DNA of 60,911 nucleotides, the filler included, from Asterionella formosa (Eukaryota), in NCBI GenBank assembly GCA_002256025.1. It is 12 parts of 12 records of this genome, joined end to end, with 100 filler letters (N's around TTAATTAATTAA, not from the genome) between each part and the next. Parts side by side here need not be neighbours in the genome. Positions count along the whole stretch, not along the records: positions 35,627 to 40,607 come from NKIB01013272.1; positions 40,708 to 45,686 come from NKIB01013273.1; positions 45,787 to 50,763 come from NKIB01013274.1; 9 more parts are not named here. One strand, given 5' to 3'. The notes beneath the pieces were generated by a model, which worked only from the letters and a program-made list of their open reading frames with translations, had not been told where the DNA came from and made no database searches. Both the position numbers and the translations under genes were made by a program. This document shows, one piece after another, positions 37,030-50,425 of this stretch; the stretch's first letter is position 1; every line of letters starts with the position of its first letter.

Positions 37030-40000
37030 ATTTGAAATTCACAATGTCTTTGCGGACATTGCAATGGTGTTATCTGTGTAACTACAAATTTCGGAAGAAC
37101 AAATCCCCATCTGAGTCTCACAACCGAAATTGTAGCAACCGTGTTTTCTATGCATATGGTCACTGTCGACATTGCATGCAAGAAGATCGAGTTCCTGGAA
37201 TACATAATGAAACTATGTATTGCGGTAGTGCATCGAATCATTCAAGGAAAGAAGTTATTGGCAGTGTAACTGCTGCAGCATTTAGGGCGAGTAGACAACA
37301 GAAAGAGATAATGTGTCCTTTCCTTGAATCAAGTGGCCACAATCATCCGGCGATTCAGTTTATAACAAAATTCAGTCACAACAGGACGAGCAATTGAGAC
37401 TAAAAACTCTCCAAGGATTGAATTCAGAGACCATGCAATATTCAGATTTCCAAGATCACACCGACTTTCTCCCGGAAAATGCAATGGAAATGCCCCTTCC
37501 TCCTCAATTTCAACTTCCAAGTAAACATTCCTTAAACATGCGCGAATCCAATCGAATTAGAAATCATGTTATTCCTTAACAAGAATTACCTTCCACCGCC
37601 CAGTTTACTTTAATCATCTAATGAAATGGCTGTTCAAGGCAAAAGCAATGAAATATTTTGATGGAAGGCAGGTATCAAGCTCCATCCTACCAGACTTTGA
37701 AAAAACGCATGGATATTTCATTTCCACCAACATTAGCTGGTGGTCAACTGTTGACCAAACAAATACAGATTGATAACAATTCAAACATAATCATCCCACG
37801 CACACTCCATTATTTCGAACCAGTACAGCTCATGGCAGGATTGTTACGTGATTCTGATATCATGCAACATTTTGTATGTCACCCACAAGTGAAACTTACA
37901 ACTTGTGGAGAACGCATGCATATATGATGAAGTAACTTCTGCGACTTGGTTTGAAAATGCATTCAACAATTCTCCTGCATCAGAAAATGGAGTGTTGAAG
38001 GCAAGACAGGGTGTTTATTTGTTGCCCTAGCAGTTTTCAGTGATGGTTCACCTATTGATAAACAAATGAAACATTCCGAGCATCCGTTTTTTTGACAATG
38101 TTAAACTTAACGTTAGAAGGAAGGAAAAAAGTTGATTGATGGATGGCAATTGGTATCTCTTTTGCCAGACCCCCACATTGAAGTCAGTGATCTGGAGAAA
38201 CAAATGAATCATAAGTTATCTGGTGATGACTTGTCCTTATGTCGACTCAAACTATACCATTCTGTTACAGGATTTCTATTGTCGCCTGCATTTCGAAGAG
38301 CGATCCAAACAAGTCATACGATATTTGGGTTCATGGTCTTGGTATGACAAAAGTTTATTTCCAGATTGGAATGATCATTGGTGGTACAGAAGAGCACAAT
38401 AAAATTTGTGGCTTCAGGGGTGGTAATGGATTATATCGACGATATGTTTGTCGTGATTGCCTGGTTTCAACTGAAGATGCTGATAATCCCAATATTGGAT
38501 GTGAACGTCGTAAAGTGTCAGATGTTAAAAAGTTTTTAAACAAATTTCTTGACAAAAATTCATATCCCGATGGAAAATTTCCATGTATCCCACCTGAGTA
38601 TTGTGTCTCCCAATCTAATGGCAAATACGCAACAGCAAACGAGTGGTGCCGTGTTAAATCGCATAATCCTATTATGCCTGCACTAATAAATCGCTTTTTT
38701 GGTGGTGACTTTTAAGGATTATTTGCTTGGTGCAACTCCATTTGAGGTTCTTTATCAATTACTACTTGGAATATTTAAGTTTGCACATTTTGGAATCATT
38801 GTACAATTATCAAACTATCCCTGAAGAAAGAACATGTTTTAATGAACATCTTGGAATCATTGTACAATTATCGGACTATCCCTGAAGAATGGACATGTTT
38901 TTTTAAAGAAAGAAAATCACCAGATATTCCAGAAAACATCTCTGATCAGAAACGTATCACTGAAACAACAGACACTGCTTTTCTTGATCAAGAGCAACCG
39001 AAGAAACGGGCAAAGACCAAATAGGAGCGACACATGCACCAGCTACCTAAAATATCTACACTGGCAAAAATCAAGACCCAACACTTGTACCAGCCAGCAC
39101 CAGAAATGTATTTTCGAAACTATACTTCGAACAAAGTGCTAGATATATCAATAGGCATTTGGAAAGTCAAAGCGATCGTGATATTCCAAATTGTCATACA
39201 GATCTGGGATGACAGCTTAGTCAAAAATGTCAGGGCAAGAAATCCCTGGATTATGCCTATTTACTATTTTTTCAATGGGTGGAATGATGGGTTCAGAGAA
39301 CATGCACCTAGAAAAGGATTTCACATTGATGTTATGGTTATGTATTTCTATCAATGACACTTTATTCATACCGCAGTATACATCAACATGTATTGAGATT
39401 TGAGAGTAAAGGGTTAAGAGATTTATGTCAGTTACTAAGATTATTATTGGTCCCCAACGAGAAATGATATCTCAAATTGGCTTACGAATGGCAAAATTTC
39501 ATGGAATGAATCATTACCCTTATCTGACTAGCAAGTTCGGATCTCCTCTTAATTTCTTTGGTGGATATTTGGAGTCTTTTTTGAAAGACAAATTGAAACG
39601 AGTGACCCAGTAAGCGTGTCAATGGACAATTACATCGATTAAAGCATGACATTTTAACAAGGTCATATGAAACAAGGCAGTTTTCCTTGGTGGTACAAGA
39701 AATTGTTTTTGCAAGTGATACATTACATACAGAAAACAAACAAAAGAAGATGAGTAAAGTAGTACATATGAATGTAACTGAGGGTATTTCAACAGAAATT
39801 GATTTCGAGGCGGGAATGATTCAGAATACAAGGATGTTGCCTAGTATGTCGCCTGATAATTTGGGAATATCGCCTGCTACCAAGATCCATTCACCATCCC
39901 TTCCTGTTAATGTTCAATTCTCTGCTTCATCATCAAATGGTCTATGGACTATAGCACGTGTCCCTACTAATAAGATTGGGCATGTATCACAGAGTAAGGA

Positions 40001-40607
40001 TGCACCCTTTTCTCAATTGGTTCATCCTGATTTACCGAACAAGGGGGGGGGGCAATTACGTAAAGAGCATTGCTTGCGAATTCAGCAATAGTAATAGCAA
40101 GAATTAAAAGTCTTGAAGATTGACTTTTATTATTATGTTAAAATTGAAAGTAACGTTCCCGGCCAAACTACGATAATTTTCAGATGCCATCCGAAATGGA
40201 ATAATGATTCAAATGCAGGAATCTCGGGTCGTGAATGGTTTGACTGCTGGGTGGAAGTGAACTGGGAGAAAGGAGATAGATCAAGTTCCTACACCGTTCA
40301 CTTCCGGCAAAACTACTTCTTTGGGGAAATGTTATTTTCCCCAACGCAACAACCATTCTCTTATCGTGTATTTGTTCCTTGAAAAGTTCAGCTGAAATGC
40401 TAATTCATAAACGTACGTTTTTTGCAAGAGGCAACACCTTATGCAATGATACAACTGAATTGTGCGTTGTTGAATTTCATAACATACTTTCGGCAGCATT
40501 TGTTGTTCCTGCTTTGAAACCACAGGAATCAAGGAAATCTCTGAAACCGCAAGAAGTTTTGGAACAGATACGGAAAGATAATTTTTATGTTGCCATGCCT
40601 CCACGTA
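37030..40607 (+). mobile_element. Decayed Plavaka-type (CMC/EnSpm-related) transposase
   Basis: Across frameshifts: YDEVTSATWF, AVFSDGS.IDK, ML.LTL.GR, LKLYH, IIGGTEEHNKICG...CRDC, KFHGMNHYP....FGSPLNFFGG.LES, FRCHP.W...EWFD. This is the motif order of Plavaka-like transposases. A second copy starts at 45787. Confidence 0.65.
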
Positions 40608-40878
40608 NNNNNNNNNNNNNNNNNNNNNNNNNNNNNNNNNNNNNNNNNNNNTTAATTAATTAANNNNNNNNNNNNNNNNNNNNNNNNNNNNNNNNNNNNN
40701 NNNNNNNTCGCCTGTTGCAAGGCGAGATCCAATTGGCAATTTGGATGACTTCGTCTATGAATGAAAAATGCGTTAGGCCTTCTAACACTTTTGCTTAATT
40801 GTCGACTACCCCACTAAATAAATACATATGGAATACAACATTATAAAAAAATTCAATTACATAAATTGTGAAATAAGA

Positions 40879-41337
40879 TTATAAATTAGACCACCCTGTT
40901 CCGTCATGTTGCAATAAGAATGACGAAAATTTCTGGTTATGACCGCATATTGATCCATCAGTGTGTATGTTGTTATCTTGTCATTTCAGTTCGGCGACAG
41001 TGTGTCCATTTCTTTGTTTTGTAGCTGGCGATAAATAGAAATGAATCCGTAGAGCACCATTTTTTAAACTATTATCCAAAGCTCCTCCATGGACTATATC
41101 TCCACGCATGAGAAAGATGAATTTGAATGGTATGGACAAATGTATTGCATGTTTCTCATCTGCACAATTATCCCTTACATTTAAGCAGTTCCCTCCTAAA
41201 GACAACGACATTATCATTCCCCAAGGCATAGGTGTTTCCCTTTCGCATTCTGTCGGTGTATAATCTTGATGTGGTCTCAGCGTCATGTTCCGAACGGGTA
41301 TTGAAACAAGGGGAAGAAGGGAATGCTGGTAGGGCAA
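40879..41337 (-). pseudogene. 2OG-Fe(II) dioxygenase-like (PhyH-type) fragment
   Basis: PHQDY (HxD)...LMRGDIVHGG (distal His)...LRIHFYL (2OG-binding Arg). Internal TGA at 40983-40981; the 5' end is lost into the minisatellite. Confidence 0.55.
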
Positions 41338-41755
41338 ACCTACAGTCTCACAGTACTAACGTAGCAATAGGTACTACAGTTTCACAGTAGCCACATCATG
41401 TTCCGACCGGGTATTGAAACAAGGGGAAGACAGGAATGCTGGTAGGGCAAACTTACAGTTTCACAGTACTAACGTAGTAATAGATATAGTTTCACAGTAG
41501 CCATGTCATGTTCCGACCGGGTATTGAAACAAGGAGAAGACAGGAATGCTGGTAGGGCAAACCTACAGTTTCACAGTATTAATGTAGTAATAGGTATAGT
41601 TTCACAGTAGCCACGTCATGTTCCGACCGGGTATTGAAACAAGGGGAAGACAGGAATGCTGGTAGGGCTAGTTTCACAGTACTAACGTAGTAATAGGTAT
41701 AGTTTCACAGTAGCCACGTCATTTTCCGACCGGGTATTGAAACAAGGGGAAGACA
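41282..41755. repeat. Minisatellite, about 110-bp unit x4.4
   Basis: Units start at 41282, 41395, 41505, 41615 and 41718 (TCATGTTCCGACCGGGTATTGAAACAAGGGGAAGACAGGAATGCTGGTAGGGC...). Each full unit has an internal AGTTTCACAGTA duplication. Confidence 0.95.
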
Positions 41756-42169
41756 AAAACTGAAGATACTGGAAGTATTTCTCTGGTTCTACCTCTCCAT
41801 TAGCATCTAGACATTGTACAATGTTATGTGGGCGATGGTCACATGAATCCATGTGTGCCATGTTGGTGAAATGTGGGTTTGATGATGACATGTTGATTGT
41901 GGCGAAATCCGAGATTATTTGTTGTTGTTGTTCTCGACAGTGTGGTCCCCTGGTACCTGGTAACAGAGTACCGTATAGCTATTGTTGTATCTATGTATGA
42001 TATACTGGTAAATGATGTGTCCTATATGTACTGATTCTACGATGATAATAATTGGGTTTCTAGTGACTACATTCAAAATAGTCAATATGGAATCCTACGT
42101 TTAGGTAACTTTGGGGAAAAAACCTAAACGTAATGCGTTTGGGTAACTTATTGGGATATGGGCACGGAA

Positions 42170-42289
42170 TCCCCTAAACGTAATGCGTTTGCGTTGGGTT
42201 TTTCACTCCCGTTAGCATCGTTTTTTAGGGATACCGAAACCAAAACACAGTTTGGTTTGCGTTTTGGTCCACCATTAGCAACGGCCTTA
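42170..42289 (-). mobile_element. Putative PIF/Harbinger-like transposon terminus
   Basis: Minus strand reads TAA-GGCCGTTGCTAATGGTGGACCAAAAC...AAAAAACGATGCTAACGG, homologous to 30031-30150. Subterminal CCTAAACGTAATGCGTTTG repeats lie at about 42123 and 42173. Confidence 0.5.
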
Positions 42290-42300
42290 GGGAGTGACTT

Positions 42301-42686
42301 TGTTAAAAGGTCTGGTACTCCTTCCCGTCTGACGGATTTCCTCTTACCGGTACGTAGGACTTACCTGTTGTACCACTAGTCTTGTTATCTTCTTTCTGCT
42401 GCTAGCCTTCGTGCTAGTTTTCGCTATTGACCTTACTCTGTCAATTCTCACTGTTTCCTAATTATAAGCTTAAACTAAAACTAAGTTTCAATCCCTTTCA
42501 TCAAACTTCGAGAACCTGTTCTTTGTGCTCCCTTTTTGTTGATGTAAACCTTCTTCTGATTGATCTAAGACATCAATCTCGCTAGCAAGCTTCTTGACAT
42601 GGGAACGCACCATTGGACTCATTGGACTTTAGTAGAGTCCACAGTCCTTGTGACTCATTATAGCCATTGATGCTATATCCTTGACA
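42301..42686 (-). repeat. Copia 3' LTR (about 386 bp)
   Basis: TGTCAAGGATAT...CGGGAAGGAGTACCAGACCTTTTAACA; homologous to 11393-11798. Confidence 0.82.
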
Positions 42687-44905
42687 TCCTCCTCGTTACC
42701 ATGTTCAAGAAGTTCTAAAATTGTGCCGCTCAGTACAGGTCCAGATAACCTTGAAAAATCTGCTCTTTGACATTCTTCGTCAAAATGTCTGCTAGATTGT
42801 TTTCTGATCTTAGAAAAACAATTTGCAAATCACCCTCATCTATCATGTTTTTGAAATGATGAAACTTAATATCGATATTTTCTTCTTGTTCCGAGCTGTT
42901 GATTCTTCGCTGTGAATATTGCACCTGTATTATCCTCACGTAAAATGCTTGGTAGCATATTCTTGCCACCTGTCACTTCATTGAGTAACATTGCAATAAA
43001 TTTGATCTCTTGAGCACATTGCGACATCGCAACATATTCTGCTTCTGTGCTTGATAGCGTAACGGATGGCTGGCCCTTTGATTGCCAACTGATCAACGCA
43101 CCACCAATGGTAACCAGAAAACCCGTAGTACTTTTCCGGCTTAACTTATTAGCGGCCCAGTCACTATCAACATAAGCAATAACCCGTAATTCCTTAGGTT
43201 TTCGAATCTTGAGAACTCTGTCCAATTTGCTTGATAAGAATCCAATAACTCGTGAAACTCCATCCCAGTGTTCTTAGCCTGGACAGCTTAAATGCGAAGA
43301 TAATTCATGTACTGCATTGGCACAGTCCAGGGAATCTTTCTTAGTAGACCATAATAATTTTCCAACAATCTTGCGATATTCCGCCTCCATAATAGTTTCT
43401 CCATTATTGGCTCCTAATGTTTTTCCTGGTGCTCCTGGTGTCACATAAGACTTATCTTCTTACCAGTAAGTATCTCATATTCCAGTAGCATCTCAGTACG
43501 AAATTTCTTTAGCTGTACTTCCCAGTATTCTCCAAATTTGTTGTGCTTGCGCGTATATTCCACTCCTAAGTGTTTTCGTAGGGGACCATGTTCCGTGATA
43601 TTAAAATCCTCCTTAATCATATTTTTCATGTAGTTGACTGCATTCCTAGTACCACATATAATTCCATCGTCCACGTATTTTGCCAATAGTCCTTCAATTT
43701 GTCCATTGTTGTTACGGTAGATAAACAACATTGGGTCTATTTCGCTTTTCATTATCATGCCTGTTTTGCTGGTGACACACTTTGCAAATGTATTGGACCA
43801 GCATCTTGGGGCTTGCACAATTCCAAACATAGCCTTAATTAGTTTGCAGATGTGTGTATTCTGATCAATTCCTGTCAAACCTTCTGGGGGCTCAATATAA
43901 ATGTCTTCGTCGATGTCAGCATTTAAAAACGCTGCTTCAACAACGATTGCTTCTTCTATCCAAGCAACCGTAGTACATAGTAACAGCCAGTACGGTCTTA
44001 ATTGTAGCATCACTTGCAACAGGAGCAAATGTCTCGGTAAAATCAACTCCCGGGATCTGTTCATATCCCTTCACAACCAACCGTACCTTATATACTGTAT
44101 TGCCGGTTAACACATCCTCCTTAATACGGAAGACCCACCTTGTCTTAAGAGCTCGCTTGTTCACGTCATTTCTCTTAACTATTTTCCATACTCCTCTTTC
44201 TTGGAAGTTTTCGAATTCTTTCTTTATAGCTTTCATCCACTCTTTGCGATCAGGTCTTGCCATTGCCTCATCATAACTATTCGGTAAACCTGGGTCCGAT
44301 GCAAGACTTGCATTGAATACGAAATTTACTTCAGTTTCCTTATTTGAAGAAGCTTCCTCCTCAATGACATTTGGTAGTGAGGTGTCTGGAGTGAACTTAA
44401 CACTTTTAGTTGGATTATATGATGAGTCCAACTTCTTCATTTCTTGTTCCAACTTTGCCTGTTTAGATAGTAATGTAGTTGGGTATTTCGTCTTCCCTTG
44501 TTGCTTCATAACATTTATCTTTTCTAGGTCAGAAATTTCATCACTCCTTGAGGTAGATCTTGCTGTTCCAGTGTCTGTAGTTGATTTTTCCTTGTCTTCA
44601 TCATCTTCCTCATTGTCTGAAACTTCTGGTAGTAAGTCTTCATTGTAGAAATCATCATCTGATCCGTCATTATTAATTTCGGCTTCTGGTTGAACTGTAA
44701 CTTTCTCTTTGGCATTGTCCTTGCAGATTTTTCCTAGTCCGTCTGTAGGTGCATTAGTTCCATGCCACTCACTCCAGTTAACATCGCGTGTATTAATTAC
44801 AGTGTTAGTCTCATGATTGTACATACGATACGTATCTTGTTAGTGGTCCTCTGAATAACCCAAAAAGACATACTTGAACGAACGTGCATCTAATTTCTTT
44901 CGTCT
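42301..44905 (-). mobile_element. Ty1/Copia element (integrase C-terminus, RT, RNase H, PPT, 3' LTR), 5' truncated and degenerate
   Basis: KLDARS..VFLGYS, P.SY.EAM...W.KAI.KE, KVRLVVKGYEQIPGVDFTETFAPV, YVDD, AYVDSDWAA, SSTEAEYVA, NLADILTK. PPT GAGGAGGA precedes TGTCAAG. Confidence 0.95.
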
Positions 44906-45786
44906 GCAAACAAAAACTATCATATTTCCATGATGCATCATAGGGTTGTGATCATCTGATCATAATATTTCGTTATATCATCTAATAATTTTGATAAATG
45001 CCTTTGTAATTTGAATAGTAACCCTTTTGACTACATATATTTAATTATTATATGTATTGTTTCTATTTGATTCCTGTATTCGAATTTCTTGGTAGGATAA
45101 TGTGCCAGCTGAAGTAATGTAATTTGGTTCGTCATTTCGATCCGTCATCACTCCGATTTTTGCAACAACAACAAAATACTAGCGATGACAAGCGGAATGA
45201 ATGTTTGCGATAACGTCTTCCATTTGTTGGTCAAGTGATCAGTATATCTTCGAGTAATCGTCATGTACAGTGAACCTTTGTTCATAATCATTCAATTAAG
45301 AGTTTACAGGAGAGAAGAAACCATTCGAACTCGTAATGTTTCCGCACACAGCGCACAAAGTATATCCGTTTCGTCCACTTCAGCATGACAATCTCGCCAA
45401 TCAACCCGTAAACAAACACATTCTCCTTGTTCTCGTTGACATTTTCAATTCTCACATGATACTCATCTACTATTGAGATTCAGCATAGAAGGATATACGA
45501 AAATGTGCGTAACAGACTACTGTCCACATAGCTATAGTTATAGAATGATTCTGATTAGAATTTCATTTTCATATCGCTCGCTCGTTTCTGCATTTGGTAT
45601 ACTGTACTTGAATTAACTATTGAACTTGTCCGCATCTTTGATACCATCAAGAGAGCGAAAGCAAGTGGCTCTTTTCATTGTTGTTTNNNNNNNNNNNNNN
45701 NNNNNNNNNNNNNNNNNNNNNNNNNNNNNNTTAATTAATTAANNNNNNNNNNNNNNNNNNNNNNNNNNNNNNNNNNNNNNNNNNNN

Positions 45787-47330
45787 AATCAAGACCCAAC
45801 ACTTGTACCAGCACCAGGAATGTATTTTCGAAACTATACTTCGAACAAAGTGCTAGATATATCAATAATCATTTGGAAAGGCAAAGCGATCATGATATTC
45901 CAAAATTGTCATATAGATCTGGGATGACAGCTTTGTCCAAAATGTCAGAGCAAGAAATTCCCGGATTATGTCTGTTAACTATTTTTTCAATGGGTGGGAT
46001 GATGGGTTCAGAGAACATGCACCTAGAAAAGGATTTCACATTGCTGTTATGGTTATGTATATCTATCAATGACACTTTATTCATACCGCAGTATACATCA
46101 AGATGTTTTGATATTTTAGAGGAAAGGGTGAAGAGATTTATGTCAGTTACTAAGATTATGATTGGTCCCCAAGTGGAAATGATATCTCAAATTGGCTTAC
46201 GAATGGCGAAATTTCATGGAATGAAACATTACCCTCATCTGATTAGGAAGTTCGGATCTCCTCTTAGTTTCTTTGGTGAATATTTGGAGTCTTTTTTGAG
46301 AGACAAATTCAAACGAGCGACCCAGTAAGCGTGTCAATGGACAATTACATCGATTAAAGCATGACATTTTAACAAGGTCATATGAAACAAGGCAGTTTTC
46401 CTTGGCACGAAAAATTGTTTTTGCAAGTGATACATTACATACAGAAAACAAACAAAAGAAGATGAGTAGAGAAAATACCATCAATGTAAATGAGGGTATT
46501 TCAACAGAAATTGATTTCGAGGGAATGATTCAGGATACGCCTACCAAGATCCATTCACCATCCCTTCCTTAAAGTTCAATTCTCTGCTTCATCATCAAAT
46601 GGTCTATGGACTCTAGCAGGTGTCCCTTATAAGATTGGGCATGTATCACGTATTAAGGATGCACCCTTGTCTCAATTGGTTCATCCTGATTTGCCAAAGG
46701 GGGCCAACTATGTAAAGAGCATTTCGAATTCAGCATTAGAAATAGGAAGAATAAAAAGTCTTGAAGATGGGGTTGGGCCTGTTTCCATTGTAAGGATTGA
46801 TTTTTATTATCATGTTAAAATTGAAAGTAACGTTCCCGACCAAACTACTATTTTCAGATGCCATCAGCCATCCGAAATTAAATAATGATTCAAATGCAGG
46901 AATCTCTGGTTTTGAATGGTTTGACTGGGTTGAAGTGAACTGGGAGAAAGGAGATGGATCAAGTTCCTACACAGTTCAGTTCTGGCAAAACTACTTGTTT
47001 GGGGAAATGTTATTTTCTCCAACACAACAACCATTCTCTTAGCATGTATTCGTTCTTTGAAAAGTTCAACTGAAATGAAAATTCATAAACGTATGTTTTT
47101 TGCAAGAGGAGACACCTTATGCAATGATACAACTGAATTGAGCGTTGTTGAATTTCATAACATACTTTCGGCAGCATTTGTTGTTACTGCTTTGAAACCA
47201 CAGGAATCAAGGAAATCTCTGAAAACGCAAGAAGTTTTGGAACAGATACAGAACGATAATTTTTATGTTGCCATGCCTACACGTGTCATTTATGGAAATC
47301 AATCGGGTGGGACCAAAACCTAACAAGCGA
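45787..47330 (+). mobile_element. Second decayed copy of the Plavaka-type transposase (3' half)
   Basis: Collinear, highly similar nucleotide match to 39069-40607 from AATCAAGACCCAACACTTGTACCAG onward, with different lesions. Confidence 0.75.
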
Positions 47331-47468
47331 ACATTAATAAATACACCAGAATAATATAACTTGATAATGATAATTTAGTTTCACATACTAGTTAAGTTAT
47401 TAGGATGTTTTCACAAAATACAATGTCCTAACAAATGATGAGATTGGATGATCCCAATGGTCCGCCCA

Positions 47469-49680
47469 TTATTTGTTCTTTTTCACTCCCAAAGAACCTA
47501 AGATGGTCCTTTTCGTGTTGTTCGAAATTATTCTTCTCCACTTTTCAACTGCAGTTCGATATGAGTCTGTAAACTTTTTCAATTTGATTCCAGAAGGTCT
47601 ATCATCAGTTACAAAATATTTTTTCACTTTTTTGTCCATTTTGATGCATCCGGAAATGTGGCCAAGAGGTGCATGATTATACCATTTGAAGGGAGCAACT
47701 TTTTCATTCATTTGTTGGATCATGGATTTCACCTTGACAACATAATCCTTCTTGAAAGATGAATTGCAAGGAAGTTGTCCAAATACTTCGTTCAACATTT
47801 TAAAATCTAAATAGGAGCTCAAAATTTTGTCGATACAAAATTGAAGAACAGTCTTTATTTCCAACTGAAACATATCCTCATGTATGTTTGTCGTTGTCAC
47901 TTGAGGCCAAACTGTTCCAAGATGAAAGTATGTTGACTTGGTTGGTGGGTCAGATGTAACAGATAACAAATCGTATGTTCGATCAGTTGCTACCACCTGA
48001 CGTTTTAAAAACTTTCCAGAACTCCGTCTCCAAACGTAATTGAGCCCGGTTGCCAAGAAATGCAATTGGTTTTGCCATTCCTTTCTAGTTGCAATAGAAT
48101 TTGCAAGACTTTCACAATTGTAAATGGTCCACATGACCATCCACTATCATCTTCTGTTTGAAATAACATGGAATCATTTTCAGTGGCCATTATGATCTGC
48201 AATGGTGCTTTGGTGCCAGTATAGAAAGATTCCGATAAACCAATTTCTTCAGGTGTATGGGTTTCTTGTCGAAGATATCCTGTATCGGTGCAAAACAATT
48301 CCAATTGTTTGTTGCATCCAGGGATGATGCATTACTTACGGGCAAGGTGAAATAATTGATCATAATGTTCATCCAAACTTGCATCTTTTCCTGGATCACG
48401 GACTTGACATAATCCATCATATATACCAAAAAGATAATGCACAAAATGGTTGTTTCCTCCTCATCTGATCTTCTGCAATAAACAATTAGCACATATTTAG
48501 CTACTGTCATGATGAATTGGATGACAATCACCTTGGTATATACACGGTTTGTCATTACCCTTTTCTGGGTTCTCATCCAGATCAAATATAACCTTTACAT
48601 CAGTTGGATGAAGTTCATGAATTATATAATGGATCATAGAGGTAATTGTTTCAAGGTCCCAATATGCAAGATCTTTAAAATCTGAAGATGATTTTTTGAT
48701 ACCTTTGACTCCTTAAAATACAGAGGCGTAATTGCATATTTCTTGTGGGGTACCTGTGTACAAATCTTTCCACACAATTTTAGTTGTCCATGAGTTTTCG
48801 GCAAACTCAAGGAAAATGCCGTTTGCTTTGGCATAATAACTCTACACATTTCACATGCTGACCCTTCACAAAAGTAGCTAGCTGCCTTCGGGATTGTTCT
48901 CGATGATTTTACAGAGAAATTCTTTTTCTTCCATGTATACTATGATTTGGAAAAAGATTCAATTTTGTGCTTCAAACTTCGTTACCGAGGACTCAGTGCA
49001 TCAACTGCCTTTGCCAGCATCACATCTCTGTCTGCATTGATCTTCTTGAATTCGAGGTCTTGATCTAGCTCGGATTTTTTCTTGAATATCTTTTCTTTTA
49101 GAAATTTAATAGCTTCTCTGCTTTCATGATGTTCATCTTGATGTTCTGGACGAATAGTGAGACATATTTCTTGGTTTTGCAACTTTTCAACCATTTCTAC
49201 TTCAGAAGTGATGTCTCCCACATTTCCGCCGGTATTTTTATTCATCGCATGAACTTGTTCATCAAATGAATGAGGATCACTGAGTTCTTCTTCATTATCA
49301 GCGATTTCGGGAAAATGAGGAGCAAAATACGACACTGGATGGAACTGTGACTCTTTAGAAATAGAGTCTTCATCCGCAAAGAACAACTGTTTGGGTTTTC
49401 TTGGCTCTTCGAAAGCAATCTCTCCTTCTTTTCAATCTCTGCCACTATTGTATCGGCATACTTGCTTCATTTTTTTTCTGGAGTATTATGAATCTGTTCA
49501 AATTCATTTGTTATTTGAGTGTATTCAAAGGAATCTTCGATTGATTTCATAAGTTTCTTCATCTTCTTTTCCGAAAACATAAAGTCGTGTAGTGTAAACA
49601 ATGGAAGTAAGTCTCGTTTCTTGTTTGACTGATCCTTTGCGTGAAATCCATGAAATGCCATTTGGAAAGTTATCAAAGGG
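47469..49680 (-). pseudogene. Decayed long ORF containing a Ulp1/C48-like cysteine protease domain, probably transposon cargo
   Basis: Manual translation gives GGNNHFVHYLFGIYDGLCQVRDPG (His at about 48447, then Asp) and QTEDDSGWSCGPF (Gln, Cys at about 48132). This is the H-D-Q-C order of C48 proteases. Many stops and frameshifts. Confidence 0.55.
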
Positions 49681-50425
49681 CCAGAAGACTATGATGTAAA
49701 ACAGTGGAAGGGAAAAGCGGAGCTTTTTGCGGCGCTTGTGGAGGTGCAGCTGGTGTGATGGTAACTGAGTGTAGTAATTGTTGAACAGAGCACAGTGTAA
49801 TATGCATGTTCCGCCAGCGTAGTGTTTACACAATACACATGCCGGCATATATATAGCTATAACAAGGAAAAACGACACAACAATGAACGTGATAGCTGGT
49901 TGTTGAGGATACCGGTATGTGATATGCATTAATCCATATCACAAATCATATTATGGCGATGTACATATCAATGCATCCGTATATCTCAGATCCTATCCAC
50001 TGTATAATACTATCATATTAACTGTTCTTGGCTTTTACTGTATACATTTAAAGTCGAATTTATATATTAAGTAACATACTTTATGATTTATTAATTAATT
50101 TTCTGTGATGTATCGATAACACTTGCGTACATATTTTATCGTATTTTATTGTCATTGTATTATTTTAACATGATCATATCTTGATCAAAATTATATCACA
50201 AACATTTTAAGAAATCATCATAGTTCTATGATCAATGTATCATAGTTATGTGATATACTTTATTCAATATTACGTATCATACTTTGGTGATGTGTTGTAT
50301 GCATCGATGTATTATCATCTTATCAATCATGATGAGATGATTGGGAACTGTAGTATTCTGCATCGTACTACGGAGTATGATATTATAACACGCACTTTAG
50401 TAGCGAAGTCACTCCTGTAATGTAC

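Noticed and set aside
41282..41755. CRISPR-like array
   Set aside because: The whole 110-bp unit repeats with no unique spacers, there are no cas genes, and the context is eukaryotic.
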